This document shows positions 59,637 through 64,000 of a stretch of 64,000 nt of DNA, one piece after another. The stretch is from Octopus sinensis (Eukaryota): contig NW_021836161.1 of assembly GCF_006345805.1 (NCBI RefSeq), forward strand, positions 1 to 64,000, written 5' to 3'. The notes under the pieces were generated by a model. That model saw only the letters and a program-made list of their open reading frames with translations. It was not told where the DNA came from and ran no database searches. Position 1 is the stretch's first letter; each line of letters opens with the position of its first letter. A program made the position numbers and the translations under genes.

Positions 59637-59989
59637 GATATTTACAATGCATATACGAGCAAAAACGTATATACACGGATATCCAAAATAGATTGTTCTC
59701 ATCATACCGTTTTAAATGCGCGGACATAACTCATTAGTAAGATGGCCACATGGGTAAATCGTAAACTGCGCAAGACATGTCTCCTAAACGCTTATTTCTG
59801 TAAATACGTTAAATGACATAATACTTTTCTTCATTTTCTTCTTTTTTTTTGTAAATAAATCTGTAGGTATTTGTGATCTCATTGTACACGCATATGCATC
59901 TCATCAGGTTGAGCCGTTAATCCCTAGACATATTTTATTGTCACTGTGTTTTTTTTTTTTTTATTTTTTTTGTTTTCTTTCCATTTTTT

Positions 59990-60117
59990 TTCCCTCAACC
60001 TTTCCGGTCAAAGATCGTCGGCTCGAAATGTCAAAGCCTTTTCATTTCTTACCGAGTGTCATACAGCTGATTGTTGTTCTCTCTACTGTCTTCGTTTTTC
60101 TTTTCTGTAAATCTGAA

Positions 60118-60176
<59 letters not shown>

Positions 60177-60372
60177 AATATGACCGCGTGTGTACAGTTG
60201 GCGAATTTTTTTCCTGCGTCTTCCCTTCTCTGGATCTTTCCTTCTATGTTTCCGACGAAGAGCTCCTCTCGAAACGTTAAACACTCCTTCTTTCCTGAGC
60301 GTCCAGTAATACTATATTTGTTCCACATCCTCGCGTTGTTGTGTTTATTTGTGCTTTCTTGTTTGGATTAAC

Positions 60373-60375
<3 letters not shown>
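59990..60375 (+). mobile_element. PLE-terminal-repeat-related segment with two degenerate HHR-like motifs (60000-60036, 60248-60282)
   Basis: CTTT-CCGGTCA-AAGATCGTCGGCTC-GAAAT-GTC-AAAG and GTTT-CCGACGA-A-GAG-CTCCT-CTC-GAAAC-GTT-AAAC; the second is followed by ttcctgagcg...taatact...ttgttccac, as at 39439 and 54953. Confidence 0.55.
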
Positions 60376-60415
<40 letters not shown>

Positions 60416-60894
60416 TATTATATATGGATGAATAGATAGATAGACATGCATGCATACCAAGATGCATACATACGCAAACAAACATGCGTATGTACATATA
60501 TATAAATTTGTGTGTGTCTCTAGGTATTTGAACGCATTCACACATATACATGTCTCTATGTTTGTATATATTTACATGACTTCAAAGCATATATGTATTT
60601 GTACGTGCGTGGCGTACGAGTGTGGTGTGCGTGCGAAAGCGTACCTGTGGCCTCACGATTATCAAATTATCGATGAGTACTGACAGTTATTCAGCTGATT
60701 TTCGAACTGATCGCAGTTTCTACTTGTCTGAGTGTGTTTTTCTTGCTGTGATACTTGTTTTAATGGTACTAAAATAATTAAATTAATTATGTTAATTAAT
60801 TTGAATTATGGACCTCGTCCAATTTCTAATTATTCATTCGCTCAGTTCATTTTGCTCTCGATTCGTTTCGATAGTATCCAAGTGTAAATTATCG

Positions 60895-61114
60895 ACTTCA
60901 CCGTCGTCATCATCGTCGTCGTAATCATCCTCCTCATCATCATCATCACCGTCATCAACATCGTTATAATCGGTACCACCGTCGTCTTCACTATCATCGC
61001 CATTCAGTCCGTCATCGTCGTCATCTAGAACATTTCAGTACAGAATGCCAATAATAGTTCACATTATCATCATCACCACCATCATCACAATCATCATCAT
61101 CATCATCCTCATCA

Positions 61115-61160
<46 letters not shown>
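60895..61160. repeat. (CAT/CGT)n and (ATT)n trinucleotide arrays
   Basis: Direct inspection. Confidence 0.9.
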
Positions 61161-61164
<4 letters not shown>

Positions 61165-61619
61165 TTTGGAAATATTCAAAGTCAAAATAAAACTTTTTGG
61201 CGAATAATAGATGTAAATACGTTTTGAAGTATTTGGATAATCTCCATAAAATAAAATCTTTCAAAAAAACAAAAAACAAAAAAGAAAGATATATGAACGA
61301 ACAAAAGGAAACCAAACTAAATGAATAAAACCAACGTAATATAAAAGAATAAAACAAATAAAACAATATTGGTCTTGATAAAGATCTGACAATGTAATTA
61401 TGTAGATGAGAAAAAAAATGTTTCTAACGTTTTACACCCAAGAATAACGGACTCCTGTGTCCTTCGATAAAGTAATTTGTTTGACCTTTTCTTGCTATCC
61501 TTCTGCAAAGAGTTGCGCAATACTGAAGAAAAAGATGAAGAAATTTCGTTGCAGCCTCAACCAATTAAAAGCGCGTAAACTAAAGATGCCGCATACAACA
61601 GACTAAGAAATAATAACTT

Positions 61620-62118
61620 ATGCGTACATATATACATGCATACATACATACTTATACACAGACATGCGCACACGGATGCAAATAATGACTGACAGATAAA
61701 GGTAATAGCATCTACATCTACACATATACACATGTATATATATATATGTGTGCGTATGTGAATATGCGTTCATATATATATATATATCTATATATATATA
61801 TATATATGCGTACATAGACGTGTACATGTGTGTGTGTATTTATATGTGAATATATATATGTATATATAGGTGTATGTGTGTGTATATATATATATATATC
61901 TATATATATATATATATATGTATATTTCTGGCCTGCTTGCTTAGTCGGCGTGGTGGCGTCATATGAAGGTTAAAACAATGCGAAGCGCATTGTGACCAGC
62001 GATGTGAAGCAACATCTAATAGCCTGGTCGGTCACATGATCATGTGATATATATGTATATTTTACATGTACACACACACACGCATATATATATATACACA
62101 TATATGTATGTCTGTGTG

Positions 62119-62192
<74 letters not shown>

Positions 62193-62545
62193 CACACACA
62201 TACTTGTGTGTCTCTGTGTGTACAAAGTAAAGACTAATGCCAAATCCATTTTCTGGTTACTTAATCAATTATTATTATCTCAACTAACGCTGCGAAATTC
62301 CTGAAATAAATCCAACTGCGGCTGACACCAGGTAGCCCTAACCGTGCCAGTGCTTTACTTAACACATTAACACCCTAATCGATATATACCCATTAGACAA
62401 ATATAGAGAAAGAGATAGTCAAATATAGATTGATAGATAGATTGATAGATAGTTAGATAGATAGATAGTTAGTTAGATAGATAGATAGATAGTCAGATAG
62501 ATAGATAGATATATGCATACTTACATACATGGATATATAAATATA
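61620..62545. repeat. Cluster of (TA)n, (TG)n, (CA)n and (GATA)n tracts
   Basis: Direct inspection. Confidence 0.85.
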
Positions 62546-62889
62546 TATGTTGAGTGTATTTACTTTTAAAATGATGCAATGAAACAGCCTGTAATAGATG
62601 AAAAATAACATTCTGTGCTTGTATCCAATGCACAAATATTTCCATTTATGAGGCATTCATTAACAGATTTACCTTCGACTCAACACAGCTTTCTTTTGGA
62701 CAGATGCATTGTTGTACATCTTGAAACATCCACAGTTTTATATACTATAGTTTATTTCATATGGGCTCTAGGTTTCCTTGTGCCATGTACTACTTTTACT
62801 CGTAAAGTTTTCTTGGTAAACAGCTTATTTTTTTGTTATATATCCATTTACTTAGATTTATTATAAAATATGGTAGCATTCTGAATGGC

Positions 62890-63135
62890 ATTTTCTTTCC
62901 ACACGTGACCAACCCTGGGCAAAGTGACTTATCATTTCTTTAAAGTCAGATGCATATGAACGAGAATTGCACGTTAACTGAGAAGCTTCTACTAGGATTC
63001 CCGAAAAGTTCCTGTAAGTGTATTGGAAAAGGTCTAGTTGGAGGCCCAACTTTCTGTGTTCTTTTACAGAGCTTAGAAAAACTGAAGGACCGCTGCAGTA
63101 AGTATGTGGATCTGAGATGGGAATATGTTGAATAA
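62890..63135 (+). pseudogene. Mariner transposase C-terminal remnant
   Basis: SLEKLKDRCSKYVDLRWEYVE* resembles the mariner terminus (I.KL..RW.KC....G.YVE). Confidence 0.55.
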
Positions 63136-63379
63136 GGTAATGGATGTACATGTTTGGCGAAATGACTTTGTTTTCGATGACCTGATAGGAGCCCGTTTAA
63201 TGTAAATTTATGAATAGCACATCAAGTAAGCATATATGTGTCATCTCTTGTGAAAGGTAGGAGAGTCCAGTTTGCTGGACATTGTTGTAAAGTTAAAAAT
63301 GAGGCAATTTCTACTCTTCTCCCCTGGAAGCCATCTACTCGCAATACCAGAGGGCGCACACTCTCCTACCCTGATGTAA
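63136..63379 (+). mobile_element. RTE LINE internal fragment, inverted copy of 63562-63805
   Basis: About 12 substitutions in 244 bp by eye; lacks the 3' tail. Confidence 0.85.
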
Positions 63380-63439
63380 CTGATCCTCCTGTATATTCTT
63401 TTATCCAAAGCCAAGAGGTTTCAGAAACGCCTCGTGTAT

Positions 63440-64000
63440 GTTTCATCATCATCATTGTTCGACCTTGGTCGAGACAATGGTATTTACCATGCTACGCCAT
63501 GCATCACGGTCCATCATAGCATTACGGAGGTCCTGTTGCTGGATGCCTGTATCCCTGGAGATTACACCAGGGTAGGAGAGTGTGCGCCCTCTGGTATTGC
63601 GAGTAGATGGCTTCCAGAGGAGAAGAGTAGCAATTGCTTCGTTTTTAACTTTACAACAATGTCCAGCAAACTGGACTCTCCTACCTTTCACAAGAGATGA
63701 CACGTATATGTTTACATGATGTGCTATTCATAAATTTACATTAAACGGGCTCCTATCAGGACATCGAAAACAAAGTCATTTCACTAAATATGTACATCCA
63801 TTACCGCCAGCTTCAATTCGTGGACAGAATTCATTCCTACGTCCTCCTTCAGTTTGTAGATAAATATCAGACGGAATCTCTGGACGCTTTCAGGTAAATT
63901 GATGTGAGTCCCAGAGTGACTACACGTTTTGACACTGGTTCTTCTAGGTGAGGTATGCAGGGATCTGATATTAGGAGACATTGTTCTCTGTTCTTATTGG
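63440..64000 (-). pseudogene. RTE-clade LINE 3' end with (TGA)n tail
   Basis: RRVQFAGHCCKVKNEAIATLLLWKP...GRTLSYPGVISRDTG...LRNAMMDRDAWRSMV...* then tgatgatgatga. Confidence 0.85.

Noticed and set aside
636-62656. Dozens of 60-200-aa ORFs rich in YI/IY/VC/HT/LSIY
   Set aside because: They are translations of (TA)n, (TG)n and (GATA)n tracts, which lack stop codons in some frames.
1-64000. CRISPR array or prokaryotic/viral insert
   Set aside because: No regularly spaced repeat-spacer array, operon-like gene density or viral hallmark ORFs; the GC-rich island at 55.8-57.5 kb is explained by the PLE.

Overview
Repeat-dense, AT-rich eukaryotic DNA with no host protein-coding gene, rRNA, true tRNA gene or CRISPR array that I can support. 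It reads as intergenic or deep intronic. The repeat families and the heavy (TA)n/(TG)n/(GATA)n load look like an Octopus genome (inference from remembered repeats, not a database search). The window holds four tRNA-headed SINE families (my labels A-D plus a B variant, about 40 copies or fragments, many with target-site duplications, TSDs). It also holds two Penelope-like elements (PLEs): an RT-bearing one at about 54953-57508 (-) and a GIY-YIG fragment bracketed by inverted repeats at 18667-19754. Other remnants are RTE and CR1 LINEs, Ty3/Gypsy, two mariner-type transposases, a non-autonomous Helitron and several MITE/fold-back elements. Almost all ORFs in the supplied track are microsatellite or SINE read-through. 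The most interesting signal is a set of more than 10 hammerhead-ribozyme (HHR)-like motifs (CUGANGA...GAAA...UH) from several sequence families. One at 31073-31169 looks fully intact, one is joined to the PLE itself, and two pairs are spaced about 250 and about 430 nt apart, like retrozyme monomers. All folding and alignment was done by eye, so boundaries are approximate.
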